Positions 46,437 to 56,135 of a DNA stretch of 64,000 nt are shown here, piece by piece (position 1 is the stretch's first letter; every line of letters starts with the position of its first letter). Origin of the DNA: a virus (Duplodnaviria > Caudoviricetes); the IMG/VR virus record IMGVR_UViG_3300028833_000064, positions 121,389 through 185,388 of that record; one strand, 5' to 3'. The notes under the pieces were generated by a model. That model did not search any database. It was not told the origin of the DNA and saw only the letters and a list, made by a program, of their open reading frames with translations. The translations under genes were made by a program, and so were the position numbers.

Positions 46437-47495
46437 ATGGCAAAGAACAAGATTAAGTTTAACAAGTATGATTCAAGGTATAATTATAAGCAAGCAGTAA
46501 TCAATGAAGAAGTCGATAATGCAACATTTTCCGTGGTGAGAACAGAGACTAGTAATGAAAATGAAAATAACGATGGTCATGGAAACATTAAAGACTTGTA
46601 TATTAGTGATACAAAACTTACCGATGTTTATAATTCGAGAAAACCAAATGGGATGAAGACTTCTGTGAGTGTTGGTGGTCTTCCCGCCGGTACCGAAGTA
46701 TCGACTTTGACAAATAAGTCTCTTGGTGAGGTGATTGATATGATTTTGTTCAGACAGACAACACCTACTATAAAGACACAACCGAGTTTCAGTGTCTCTT
46801 ATTCGCCTGTTGATTATCTCGTCGGTTCAACTTTTCCAACCGTATCCAACAGCAATATTACTGTAAATAAGGGTGCATATCAGATAGAGATAGATGGAAA
46901 ACTCATTGATAGAGGTGTTGTGTCAAACGGATTTGACAGAATTGAGGAAGTTACTTATACTCCATCTGATAGGGTTACGGTTTCCGGTACAAACAAGATT
47001 GTCGTTAAAGTGAGATTGAAAAGTGGTCCCACACCGAAAGACAGTGATGGAAACCCATATACATCCACAAGTCCACAGATACCGTACGGTGGTGGAGTTT
47101 TATCAAAGACTATAACTTTGTATCCGTATTATGACTGGTTCGCCACCGGCAAGAAGATAACTTCTGAAAATGACCAACAGATAGATATAACGAGAAGATT
47201 TCCATTGACCAAACTTGAATTTGTAAGAAGTCTTGGAATAGAAGATAAGGAAGTTATGGTTGACATGGGCGGTGGTGATATAAACAATAGACAGACAATC
47301 AAAGTTCCGGGTCGTATTACAAATTGTAAGACATACGTAAGTGGGACATGGAAAGACTATGCTTTCAACGAATTGTATGAACAAACATCCGAAAGCATAA
47401 ATGGTAAGAACTATTATGTATATACAATGAGAAAGGAAGCATATAACGATGGTCCTGTTGGTGGTTCTAGATTGAAATTTAAAGTAAATGCATAA
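46437..47495 (+). CDS. putative virion structural protein
   Basis: beta-rich, VGGLPAGT motif, S/T-rich. Confidence 0.55.
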   Translation: MAKNKIKFNKYDSRYNYKQAVINEEVDNATFSVVRTETSNENENNDGHGNIKDLYISDTKLTDVYNSRKPNGMKTSVSVGGLPAGTEVSTLTNKSLGEVIDMILFRQTTPTIKTQPSFSVSYSPVDYLVGSTFPTVSNSNITVNKGAYQIEIDGKLIDRGVVSNGFDRIEEVTYTPSDRVTVSGTNKIVVKVRLKSGPTPKDSDGNPYTSTSPQIPYGGGVLSKTITLYPYYDWFATGKKITSENDQQIDITRRFPLTKLEFVRSLGIEDKEVMVDMGGGDINNRQTIKVPGRITNCKTYVSGTWKDYAFNELYEQTSESINGKNYYVYTMRKEAYNDGPVGGSRLKFKVNA

Positions 47496-47511
47496 AATAT
47501 ATATATAAAAG

Positions 47512-47838
47512 ATGAGTAAGCTAAAAGGTTCGTACAAAAGTGCAGACAATATTGAAGTCGTCACGTCTCATCCGTTAGACCCAAGAGTGAAGTGGGATAG
47601 TTGGGATTCACTCACCGATAATTCCGACTGGCCTATTAATGAAGATGGAAAACCATACTTATATAGTGGTTTGATAGTTTCTGTCAATGAATCCGAAGTT
47701 TCTGGAAAACAAGACTGGCAAGCTTACATTCTTAACGATATAAATGGTTGGAATATAAGATATGGGAATGAGGGAAGTGGTTGGAAAAAAATACCAACAG
47801 AATTTGAATTGGTTTGGGAAGATGACTCAAGAAATTAA
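47512..47838 (+). CDS. putative virion protein
   Basis: PLDPR...YLYSGLIVSV motif resembling phage tail/fibre modules. Confidence 0.55.
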   Translation: MSKLKGSYKSADNIEVVTSHPLDPRVKWDSWDSLTDNSDWPINEDGKPYLYSGLIVSVNESEVSGKQDWQAYILNDINGWNIRYGNEGSGWKKIPTEFELVWEDDSRN

Positions 47839-47870
47839 AAAGAAGGTTGAATCTTTCAACCTTCTTTTTT
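47837..47870. terminator. bidirectional terminator
   Basis: AAAAAGAAGGTTGA-ATCTT-TCAACCTTCTTTTTT. Confidence 0.7.
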
Positions 47871-48728
47871 ATTATACAATTCTATCATTTTTTTATACCA
47901 TTCTGGCGGATAGTATCTCATTGGAGAATCTCTAAAAATAAATTCCATTTTTGATACAGGACAAGAATCTACTTGCCATCTGTCAAGAGATTGACAGAAT
48001 GACTCCGCCATATTAAACATACCATTCATATTGGCGACACTTGATACGTCCCAATCACCTATTGGTTGGTTGAATGATGTAGCATCATAAAACATACATG
48101 CCATATTTGTAACGTGGCTTACATCCCAATTACCTATTGGTTGATTGAATGATTTTGCACCTTGAAACATACAGTTCATATTTGTAACGTGACTCACGTC
48201 CCAATTACCTATCGGTTGGTTGAATGAGTAAGTGTTCTCAAACATACAATTCATATCAGTAACACTTGATACGTCCCAATTACCTATCGGTTGGTTGAAT
48301 GATTTTGCATAGTAGAACATACCATTCATATTGGTAACACTTGATACGTCCCAGTCACCTATTGGTTTATTAAAGGATTCTACTCTAAAAAACATAGTAC
48401 TCATATCTTCTACATTTGACACATTCCAATATGATATATCACAATTAAAGTCTGGTATATATCTGAATAAATTACTCATATCCTTTACATTAGATACGTC
48501 AATACAATTTAAGTCACAATCACTACCACATTCTTCTATAATTTTGGTTATTAATTTTTCTAATGTGTTTTTATTTCCAGAAGAAATATAAAATCCATTT
48601 TTATGTCGTTTTCCTGAAATGTCTTTAAAATCTTTTCTCACTACACCTCTAATATTGACATTAATAGAATCTTCATCTCTTTCAATTTCACCGAAATATT
48701 CATCTGTTATAGTTTTAAGTATTCCCAT
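47856..48728 (-). CDS. DUF285/BspA-like repeat protein
   Basis: 25-aa W(D/N)VS.V..M..MF..A.SFNQPIG repeats; MGILKTIT(D/E)EYFG start. Confidence 0.88.
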   Translation of the reverse strand: MGILKTITDEYFGEIERDEDSINVNIRGVVRKDFKDISGKRHKNGFYISSGNKNTLEKLITKIIEECGSDCDLNCIDVSNVKDMSNLFRYIPDFNCDISYWNVSNVEDMSTMFFRVESFNKPIGDWDVSSVTNMNGMFYYAKSFNQPIGNWDVSSVTDMNCMFENTYSFNQPIGNWDVSHVTNMNCMFQGAKSFNQPIGNWDVSHVTNMACMFYDATSFNQPIGDWDVSSVANMNGMFNMAESFCQSLDRWQVDSCPVSKMEFIFRDSPMRYYPPEWYKKMIELYNKKEG

Positions 48729-48729
48729 A

Positions 48730-49794
48730 TTATTCTATATTAGGTTTCATCTTTGGTTTGTATTCGTCTTTTATTGGACAACCATCAAACATACAAACCC
48801 TATATTTAACACTACTTATGTCCCAATCACCTATCGGTTGGTTGAATGATGTTGCATCATAAAACATATAACTAATATTTTCAACCTTTGAAACATCCCA
48901 TTTTCCAATATCTTGGTTGAATGATGTTGCCTTAAAAAACATATAATTCATATATCTAACATTAGATACATTCCAATCACCAATAGGTTGATTGAATGAT
49001 GTTGCACTTTCAAACATATCGTACATATTGTTAACACCACTAACATCCCAATTACCTATCGGTTGATTGAATGATGTTGCACTTTGAAACATACTACTCA
49101 TACCGGTAACACTACTAACATTCCAATCACCAATAGGTTGATTGAATGATGCTGCCTTAAAAAACATATGATTCATATCTGTAACCTTTGATACATTCCA
49201 ATCACCAATAGGTTGATTGAATGATGCTGCCTTAAAAAACATATGATTCATATCTGTAACCTTTGATACATTCCAATCACCAATAGGTTGATTGAATGAT
49301 GTTGCACTTTGAAACATACTACTCATACCGGTAACACTACTAACATTCCAATTACCAATAGGTTGATTGAATGATGTTGCACTTTGAAACATACTATCCA
49401 TACTGGTAACACTACTAACATTCCATTTTTCTATTGGTTGATTGAATGATGTTGCCTTATAAAACATACAACACATATTTTTAACTTTTGACACATCCCA
49501 ACCAGTTATATCCCCGTTGAATCTTTCTTTTCTATTAAATAAAAAAGATATATCTTTAATATCAGAAGTATCTATATCATTGAAATCACCCTCATCACCC
49601 CTCGCTTCAATCATCCTTTCCAATAATTCTTTCAAGTTATCTTTATCTTTAGGTTTATATCCTTTTTTATGAAATTTTTTATTATTGTCTGTGAAGGAAA
49701 TAATTTCAACATCGAGACCATCTATGTTTATTATATCTTCTTCTCTTACTGTCTCACCGAAATATTCTTCGGTTATAGTTTTAAGTATTCCCAT
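48730..49794 (-). CDS. DUF285/BspA-like repeat protein
   Basis: same 25-aa repeats, longest copy. Confidence 0.88.
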   Translation of the reverse strand: MGILKTITEEYFGETVREEDIINIDGLDVEIISFTDNNKKFHKKGYKPKDKDNLKELLERMIEARGDEGDFNDIDTSDIKDISFLFNRKERFNGDITGWDVSKVKNMCCMFYKATSFNQPIEKWNVSSVTSMDSMFQSATSFNQPIGNWNVSSVTGMSSMFQSATSFNQPIGDWNVSKVTDMNHMFFKAASFNQPIGDWNVSKVTDMNHMFFKAASFNQPIGDWNVSSVTGMSSMFQSATSFNQPIGNWDVSGVNNMYDMFESATSFNQPIGDWNVSNVRYMNYMFFKATSFNQDIGKWDVSKVENISYMFYDATSFNQPIGDWDISSVKYRVCMFDGCPIKDEYKPKMKPNIE

Positions 49795-49795
49795 A

Positions 49796-50470
49796 TTAAT
49801 GCATCTTAGGTTTGTATTTATTTTTTATCGGACAATTATCAAACATATCTGTTGTAATCTTTTTATTTAAATCCCATTCTGATAAATCTTGATTGAAAGA
49901 TGTTGCATTTTTAAATATATACTCCATAAATTCAACATTACTAACGTCCCAATTACCAATAGGTTGATTGAATGATTCAGCTTCATAAAACATACGTTCC
50001 ATATTTGTAACTTTTGAAACATCCCATTTTCCAAGTGGTTGATTAAATAATTTTGCACCATCAAACATACTACCCATACCGGTAACACTACTAACATTCC
50101 AATTACCAATAGGTTTGTTAAATGATTCTGCACAATAAAACATATATTTCATATTTTCAACTTTTGACACATCCCAACCAGTTATATCCCCGTTGAATCT
50201 TTTTTTTCTATAAAATAAAAAAGATATATCTTTAATATCAGAAGTATCTATATCATTGAAATCACCCTCATCACCCCTCGCTTCAATCATCCTTTCCAAT
50301 AATTCTTTCAAGTTATCTTTATCTTTAAGTTTATATCCTTTTTTATGAAATTTTTTATTATTGTCGGTAAAGGAAACTATTTCAACATCGAGACCATATA
50401 TGTCTATCTTATCTTCTTCTCTTAATCTTTCACCGAAATATTCTTCAGTTATAGTTTTTAGAATACCCAT
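49796..50470 (-). CDS. DUF285/BspA-like repeat protein
   Basis: same 25-aa repeats and N-terminus. Confidence 0.88.
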   Translation of the reverse strand: MGILKTITEEYFGERLREEDKIDIYGLDVEIVSFTDNNKKFHKKGYKLKDKDNLKELLERMIEARGDEGDFNDIDTSDIKDISFLFYRKKRFNGDITGWDVSKVENMKYMFYCAESFNKPIGNWNVSSVTGMGSMFDGAKLFNQPLGKWDVSKVTNMERMFYEAESFNQPIGNWDVSNVEFMEYIFKNATSFNQDLSEWDLNKKITTDMFDNCPIKNKYKPKMH

Positions 50471-50484
50471 TTTTGTTACTTATT

Positions 50485-51915
50485 TTAATTTTCAATTTCT
50501 GTTTGTGAAATCTGTTGTATGGAAACACCAATGTTTGTAACCTCTACGAGAGATGATATGTTATATTGATGGTTTTCAATTGAAGCAGAATTTGTCCCAC
50601 CACTTTTCGAAATTCTAACGTAATCCAAATCTTCGTCGAATCTTTTGTTGAAGATATTTACTTTTAATGGTGGGTCTTCGTTGAAAATTTTCTGAATTTT
50701 TTTACCATATTTGTTTGGATTTGAGAAACTTTTTTCACTTCTTTTTACAATAGTGGAATTATCTACGGTGTTGATGATTCTGAGAGTGTCTTCTATTATG
50801 AAATTAACATCTCTGTTTCCGTATATACATACGGGTCTGTAGTTGATTATATCGTCGATTTCATTGTCATCCTCGTTTGCAGAAAGATTTACAATATAAT
50901 ATTCAGTATGTGTTTTGATACTTTTTTTAGTATTATATGAATCCACAAAATTTTCCCATAACGATATTTCGTGCATAATTATAAATTCTGACGGAACGGC
51001 ATCCATGCTGTATATATAGTCTGAAAATGACATTACACGGTTTGTACCGTTATTCACCTGTGCATAAATTTTGAAGTAATCACCATCGGTTGCTTCTTCA
51101 ATTACAACGTTTACCTTCTTGTATGAGTCAAAGAATGGTACTTGTATTGAATTGAGTACGTCGGTGTTCATAAAGTCGAACCCGCCGGTTGAATATGTTG
51201 CCTTTACACCTAGAACATTAAATTCTATCGGTGTATTTTTTTGCAGTTTGGTGAATTTTGGTTCTCCTGTTGTTTCGTTTGTAGGCATTATTTTTTCTAC
51301 AAACTTTGAACCGGCACGGCTGCACATGAAGTTTGTACTTGGAATTTTGAATGATATATGGGTTGTATATAATTTTTGATTGATAAGTAGAGGTTTCGTG
51401 TTATATTCAACATCGTCTGTTCTCTTCATTCCTATGGTTGCAAGACTTATTTTAGACCCGTCGAAAGCATTTACTTGTACTTGGAATATAATCGAATCGT
51501 AGTCACCGAAATAGTTTGAACCTGTAAAATGAACTATACAAGTATCGAAAAACACATCACAAGAATCCACGTCATCGAATGTGACATCATTTGTTCTTAG
51601 TTGTGATGGGTTTTTTTCATCATACTTATATTGTGTTATTTCATTCAGAACCTTTACTGTTTTAGAATCATTTTTGTTAACACCGACAACAAGATTGTTA
51701 TAGTTGTTATTTATTCTGATGTCGTTATTATCGTCCCTGAAAAACAAATATACTTTATCATCATATTTGTTTTCCATTTTATACAACTTGTTTCTACTAT
51801 TTAAATCTATAATTCTGTCTGTTGCATCACCGGTAATATTACTTTCTATGTCTGTATATACATATTCAAGTAAAATATTATTGGTAAGTTGGTAATATCT
51901 TGTATCTTTTCCCAT
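50485..51915 (-). CDS. putative virion structural protein
   Basis: 476 aa, TAAATA upstream, among structural genes. Confidence 0.55.
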   Translation of the reverse strand: MGKDTRYYQLTNNILLEYVYTDIESNITGDATDRIIDLNSRNKLYKMENKYDDKVYLFFRDDNNDIRINNNYNNLVVGVNKNDSKTVKVLNEITQYKYDEKNPSQLRTNDVTFDDVDSCDVFFDTCIVHFTGSNYFGDYDSIIFQVQVNAFDGSKISLATIGMKRTDDVEYNTKPLLINQKLYTTHISFKIPSTNFMCSRAGSKFVEKIMPTNETTGEPKFTKLQKNTPIEFNVLGVKATYSTGGFDFMNTDVLNSIQVPFFDSYKKVNVVIEEATDGDYFKIYAQVNNGTNRVMSFSDYIYSMDAVPSEFIIMHEISLWENFVDSYNTKKSIKTHTEYYIVNLSANEDDNEIDDIINYRPVCIYGNRDVNFIIEDTLRIINTVDNSTIVKRSEKSFSNPNKYGKKIQKIFNEDPPLKVNIFNKRFDEDLDYVRISKSGGTNSASIENHQYNISSLVEVTNIGVSIQQISQTEIEN

Positions 51916-51984
51916 ATATTTTAAAGATTATATAGTTATTTATGAACATATAATCATAAATATCTTATAAACCAAACAATATAG

Positions 51985-53784
51985 ATGTCTAATACTTTTT
52001 ATTTCAATGCTTGTGAGATGGACACAAAGTTGTCTCCTTATGCAGATTTCGAGGATGTAAAGGATGTTACCATTGCAGAGGGTGAGAATGGAAATAATTT
52101 GTTGTTTCATACAACACGTAACAATAGGAAATTGTATGCCCCATCTTCTATAATGAATGAAAATGTCGCCATCAATTATAGAAATATCTATAATTTTTAT
52201 CCTTCGTTTTCTGAAGGTTCGTCATTTACCGACTACGATGATTATTTGAGATGTGTTGAAAAAGACAAAGACCATCAACTTTGGTTAAAGGACAAACAAA
52301 ATCCGACATATAAGAACATTATACTTTGGTATAGTAATGGGAATATAGACCCATATGGTCTTGCAAGATACAGGATGCAAGATTTCATTTATTTGAAATA
52401 TTACAACCAGATACCGAACAACTATCTTGTTACTCTCCGTCGTTATACAAGACCTTGTGAAGATAAGATGTTCGGACTTGATTTTGACGCTTCTGTGACC
52501 AATGCTCTTGCTGGAAATCCGGAAGGATATATGGCTCTTGCAACGGCGTGTACATACTTGGGTGAGAAAGCCGGTAACAAACTTTCCGATATACTCAAGT
52601 TCGACTATGGTATGAATTGGGAGGAAAAGGAGGCAAAAATTGAAACATTGAAAAATTCTGATGGTGGTCTTGCTGCTCAGTTGCAACAACTTGGTGTCAG
52701 ACAAAGACAGAAAGTGTCTGAAGAAAATATGTCTGCCGTAATGGGTAGAATGGGTATGAGAAGAAATGCAACAGACACTATCAGACAGGCTATGGTGTTT
52801 TCGGCATCTGTGCAAGGAAAGGGAAAGTCTGTTAATGATGCCCAAGCCATGATGCATTCATACGAAGGATTCGAGTTTGCAGCAAGATATGGAGAGGAGT
52901 TCTATGGTGATTTGAACGTTGTCAACAGGGTGAAGATGAGAAGTAGAGGAATAACTTTTACAAATAGTTTTTCATTAAATTTTGAATATTCACTTAAATC
53001 GTTGAAGTGTGTTAATCCACGAGTTGCTATGATAGATATTCTTGGTAACTTCTTGATTTTGACTGGTAACTATGGAAACTTCTGGGGTGGTGCAACCATT
53101 TTTTATGGACAACATAGTATTGCCCCACAATATGGAGACCCGAAACTTTTGAGAGACGGACAATATGGAAAATATTTATCATCCCTTTGGAATGATGTTA
53201 AGACCGGTTTCGAAAAACTGAAAGAGAAAAATGATGGAAGTGAGGGTAATATATTTACTGTTGCAAAAAACCTCATCAGTGGTGGATTTCAGGATTTGAT
53301 TGGTAACTTGCTCGGTGGTAGTATTGGTGTAGCCGGTACTGCACAGGCACCGGCCGCCTTGTTGTCAGGAGCACCATCCGGATATTGGCATGTTACTATT
53401 GGAAATCCACTCGACCCGATTGCAATGATGGGAAATATGGCTGTTACCAAGACATCGGTTCAATTCAATGATATTCTCGGTTATGACGATTTTCCAACAG
53501 AAGTAAAGTTTACCGTTGAATTGGAACATGCAAGACCTAGGGACAATGCATTTATAGAGAATATGTTTAACGCCGGTAAGGGTAGAGTATATGCTTTCAC
53601 AAATAAAGATTTGGAAGATGCAATGCACAATGTTGACTCTTTGGCCAACTTCAAGGTTACGGCAGACCAAAACCAACAAGAAATGAATATGAGGAATGGA
53701 AAGGATGGAATACCTGAGAGTGTTGGTGGAAGGATGGCAAATATTGAACAAATGAAAATTATCGGAGGTAATCTTTATAATTAA
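51985..53784 (+). CDS. putative baseplate/tail-tube-initiator-like protein
   Basis: 599 aa; WHVTIGNP..PI.M.GN...LG.DDFPTE.KFTV.L..ARPRD; next to baseplate genes. Confidence 0.55.
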   Translation: MSNTFYFNACEMDTKLSPYADFEDVKDVTIAEGENGNNLLFHTTRNNRKLYAPSSIMNENVAINYRNIYNFYPSFSEGSSFTDYDDYLRCVEKDKDHQLWLKDKQNPTYKNIILWYSNGNIDPYGLARYRMQDFIYLKYYNQIPNNYLVTLRRYTRPCEDKMFGLDFDASVTNALAGNPEGYMALATACTYLGEKAGNKLSDILKFDYGMNWEEKEAKIETLKNSDGGLAAQLQQLGVRQRQKVSEENMSAVMGRMGMRRNATDTIRQAMVFSASVQGKGKSVNDAQAMMHSYEGFEFAARYGEEFYGDLNVVNRVKMRSRGITFTNSFSLNFEYSLKSLKCVNPRVAMIDILGNFLILTGNYGNFWGGATIFYGQHSIAPQYGDPKLLRDGQYGKYLSSLWNDVKTGFEKLKEKNDGSEGNIFTVAKNLISGGFQDLIGNLLGGSIGVAGTAQAPAALLSGAPSGYWHVTIGNPLDPIAMMGNMAVTKTSVQFNDILGYDDFPTEVKFTVELEHARPRDNAFIENMFNAGKGRVYAFTNKDLEDAMHNVDSLANFKVTADQNQQEMNMRNGKDGIPESVGGRMANIEQMKIIGGNLYN

Positions 53785-53785
53785 T

Positions 53786-54190
53786 ATGGAAAAAAATTTT
53801 GATAAAAAAAGAAGACTTTCTGTCGATGATGATGAGATGCTGGAACTTGGGATACCTTGTGTGGATATTAAAAAATTGACAGCAAATGGATTATTGAGAG
53901 TTTCACAAGACCAAAAAGGTCGAATTGACAAATTCACCTATGCAAATGTCAATAAAGATGAAAGTGCAATAGATATGGTTATGTATTATAACCACATATT
54001 CAATCCATTTTCTATCGACGAAGGTGATTTATTGTATACCCCTTTGTATAATGACGGTTATTTTGAATCTGTAGGTGAACCCGTGTTACCGGATGGGAAA
54101 AAACATTCGTCAAATATAACTGGTGAAAAGGAACTCACTTATGCAGAAAAGATTGAAAGGGCTGCAAGAATAGGTTTAGGAGTAAAATAA
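53786..54190 (+). CDS. baseplate wedge gp53/LysM-like protein
   Basis: GRID...YN.I.NPFSI.EGD.L..P. Confidence 0.65.
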   Translation: MEKNFDKKRRLSVDDDEMLELGIPCVDIKKLTANGLLRVSQDQKGRIDKFTYANVNKDESAIDMVMYYNHIFNPFSIDEGDLLYTPLYNDGYFESVGEPVLPDGKKHSSNITGEKELTYAEKIERAARIGLGVK

Positions 54191-54196
54191 AAATTT

Positions 54197-54883
54197 ATGG
54201 AAACTGGAATAGTTGTTGATAATTTCGACCCAACATATAAAGGTCGATGCAGAATCAGAGTTTATGGAAGACACACCGAGACCATCGGTGGCGAATATGC
54301 AATTCTTGATGACGACCTCCCTTGGGCAAAACCGGCGCCGGCTATAAGTTCCAGTGGGGGTAATTTCAATATTCCAAAAGTAGGGCAACGTGTGTCTGTT
54401 GAGGTTATAGACCCATATACAATTTTGTATCATGGTCCGATAGAAACCAATGGTGGTATCCAAGACCTTTTGTATGAGAATGCAGAAGACTGTGAGAATG
54501 CAAAAATCGTTCTGTTTGATGGTGAAAAAGAAAATGATTACGTGAGAATATACTATATTCCGGAAAACGGTTTGAATATCGAGTGTCATGGACACAAGAT
54601 TTTACTCACTAAATATGACGGATTGCAGATAGAGGCGAAAAACGGTGTCAAAATATCGATAGACGAGAGCAGCAAGGATGTAAATATAGATACGAGTGGG
54701 ACTGTTAATCTTAACTGCAAAAATGTGAATTTGACCGAAGACGCCACTGAAAAGTTGATACTTGGAAGTAAGTTGATGGATAAGTTCAATAACCATACAC
54801 ATTTTTGTCCGAATGGTGTTACGAATACACCTACTCAAAAAATAACACCTTTGGATTTTTCTAAGAAAATAAAAATTGGATAA
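54197..54883 (+). CDS. baseplate spike, gp5 N-terminal OB-fold-like
   Basis: GIVVDNFDP..KGRCRIRVYG...LPWA...IPKVG..V; C-terminal HTH His motif. Confidence 0.8.
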   Translation: METGIVVDNFDPTYKGRCRIRVYGRHTETIGGEYAILDDDLPWAKPAPAISSSGGNFNIPKVGQRVSVEVIDPYTILYHGPIETNGGIQDLLYENAEDCENAKIVLFDGEKENDYVRIYYIPENGLNIECHGHKILLTKYDGLQIEAKNGVKISIDESSKDVNIDTSGTVNLNCKNVNLTEDATEKLILGSKLMDKFNNHTHFCPNGVTNTPTQKITPLDFSKKIKIG

Positions 54884-55580
54884 AAAATAGATAATATGGG
54901 AATACTTAAAACTATAACAGAAGAGTATTTTGGTAAGAGTGTAAGAAAAGAAGATGAAATAAACATAGATGGTCTTGATGTAGAAATAGTTTCTTTCACA
55001 GACAATAACGGAAATTTACATAGAAGAGGATATAAACCGAAAGGTAAAGACAACTTGAAAAAATTATTGGAAAGAATGATTGAGAAAAGAGGATATGGGG
55101 GTGACTTCAACGATATAGACACCTCTGATATTAAAGACATGAGTTCGTTATTTGAAACCAATGAATATAGGAACACAAAATTTGACCAATACTGTAAAAA
55201 ATTCAACGGAGATATAACTGGTTGGAATGTTTCAAGGGTTAAAAATATGAGAGCTATGTTTTATGGTGCAGAAACATTCAATCAACCTATTGGTAATTGG
55301 AATGTATCTAATGTTACAAATATGAGTGGTATGTTTAATTATGCAACATCATTCAACCAATCAATAGGTGATTGGAATGTTTCAAGTGTTGAAGATATGA
55401 GTTTTATGTTTTATAATGCCAAATCATTTAACCAAAATATAAGTAAGTGGAACACAATTTCTGTTACAGAAATAGGATATATGTTTTCTTTATGTCCTAT
55501 AAAAGGCAATCATAAACCAAAAATGAAATAATATGGGAATACTCAATTTTTATTTTTCTAAGAAAATAAAAATTGGATAA
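54855..55580 (+). repeat. 29-bp direct repeats (54855-54883, 55552-55580) flanking a DUF285 gene
   Basis: ATTTTTCTAAGAAAATAAAAATTGGATAA twice. Confidence 0.85.
54896..55531 (+). CDS. DUF285/BspA-like repeat protein
   Basis: same 25-aa repeats and N-terminus. Confidence 0.88.
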   Translation: MGILKTITEEYFGKSVRKEDEINIDGLDVEIVSFTDNNGNLHRRGYKPKGKDNLKKLLERMIEKRGYGGDFNDIDTSDIKDMSSLFETNEYRNTKFDQYCKKFNGDITGWNVSRVKNMRAMFYGAETFNQPIGNWNVSNVTNMSGMFNYATSFNQSIGDWNVSSVEDMSFMFYNAKSFNQNISKWNTISVTEIGYMFSLCPIKGNHKPKMK

Positions 55581-55616
55581 TAGTAGAATTATTCAATCTT
55601 AAAAAAGTTAAATAAT

Positions 55617-55652
55617 AAAAAAAGGAGAGAATAAAACCTCTCCTTTTTTTTT
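55617..55652. terminator. bidirectional terminator
   Basis: A-tract GGAGAG...CTCTCC T-tract. Confidence 0.7.
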
Positions 55653-55653
55653 A

Positions 55654-56106
55654 TTATTCCCATTCTTTATAATAACAATTGTTTACCTCGTGCATGTATA
55701 TGTTCAACATTTCTCCTAATATTCTAGTAAGATTGTCATATTGTGGGTATGGTGGTTGGTCTTCCAAGTAATTTTGTATTGTATAATATTTACTATAAAA
55801 CCAATCGTTTTCTTCTGTGATATAATCACGTATTGTTTCTATTGCTTCTACGAAAATTTGTTGATATTCATCTTGTTCATAATCTTCGTATTTTGGTAAT
55901 CCATATGGGAATATTTCTTTAAAAAATTTATCAAAACATGAATTTAAAAATGTGAATAATTCTTCAAGGATATTATTATTTTTACCGAACCAATTTTTAA
56001 ATATAAAATATTTATTTAACATATTTTTATAATCCATTTCGGTAAAATCTTTATTTTCATTTACTTTGATAGATTTTATATAATCTTTAAATCTAAGTAT
56101 TTTCAT
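55654..56106 (-). CDS. putative internal head protein
   Basis: MKILRFKDYIKSIKVNE after CATAAATA. Confidence 0.5.
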   Translation of the reverse strand: MKILRFKDYIKSIKVNENKDFTEMDYKNMLNKYFIFKNWFGKNNNILEELFTFLNSCFDKFFKEIFPYGLPKYEDYEQDEYQQIFVEAIETIRDYITEENDWFYSKYYTIQNYLEDQPPYPQYDNLTRILGEMLNIYMHEVNNCYYKEWE

Positions 56107-56135
56107 TTTTTACATTTGCTTATTTTATATTGTAT

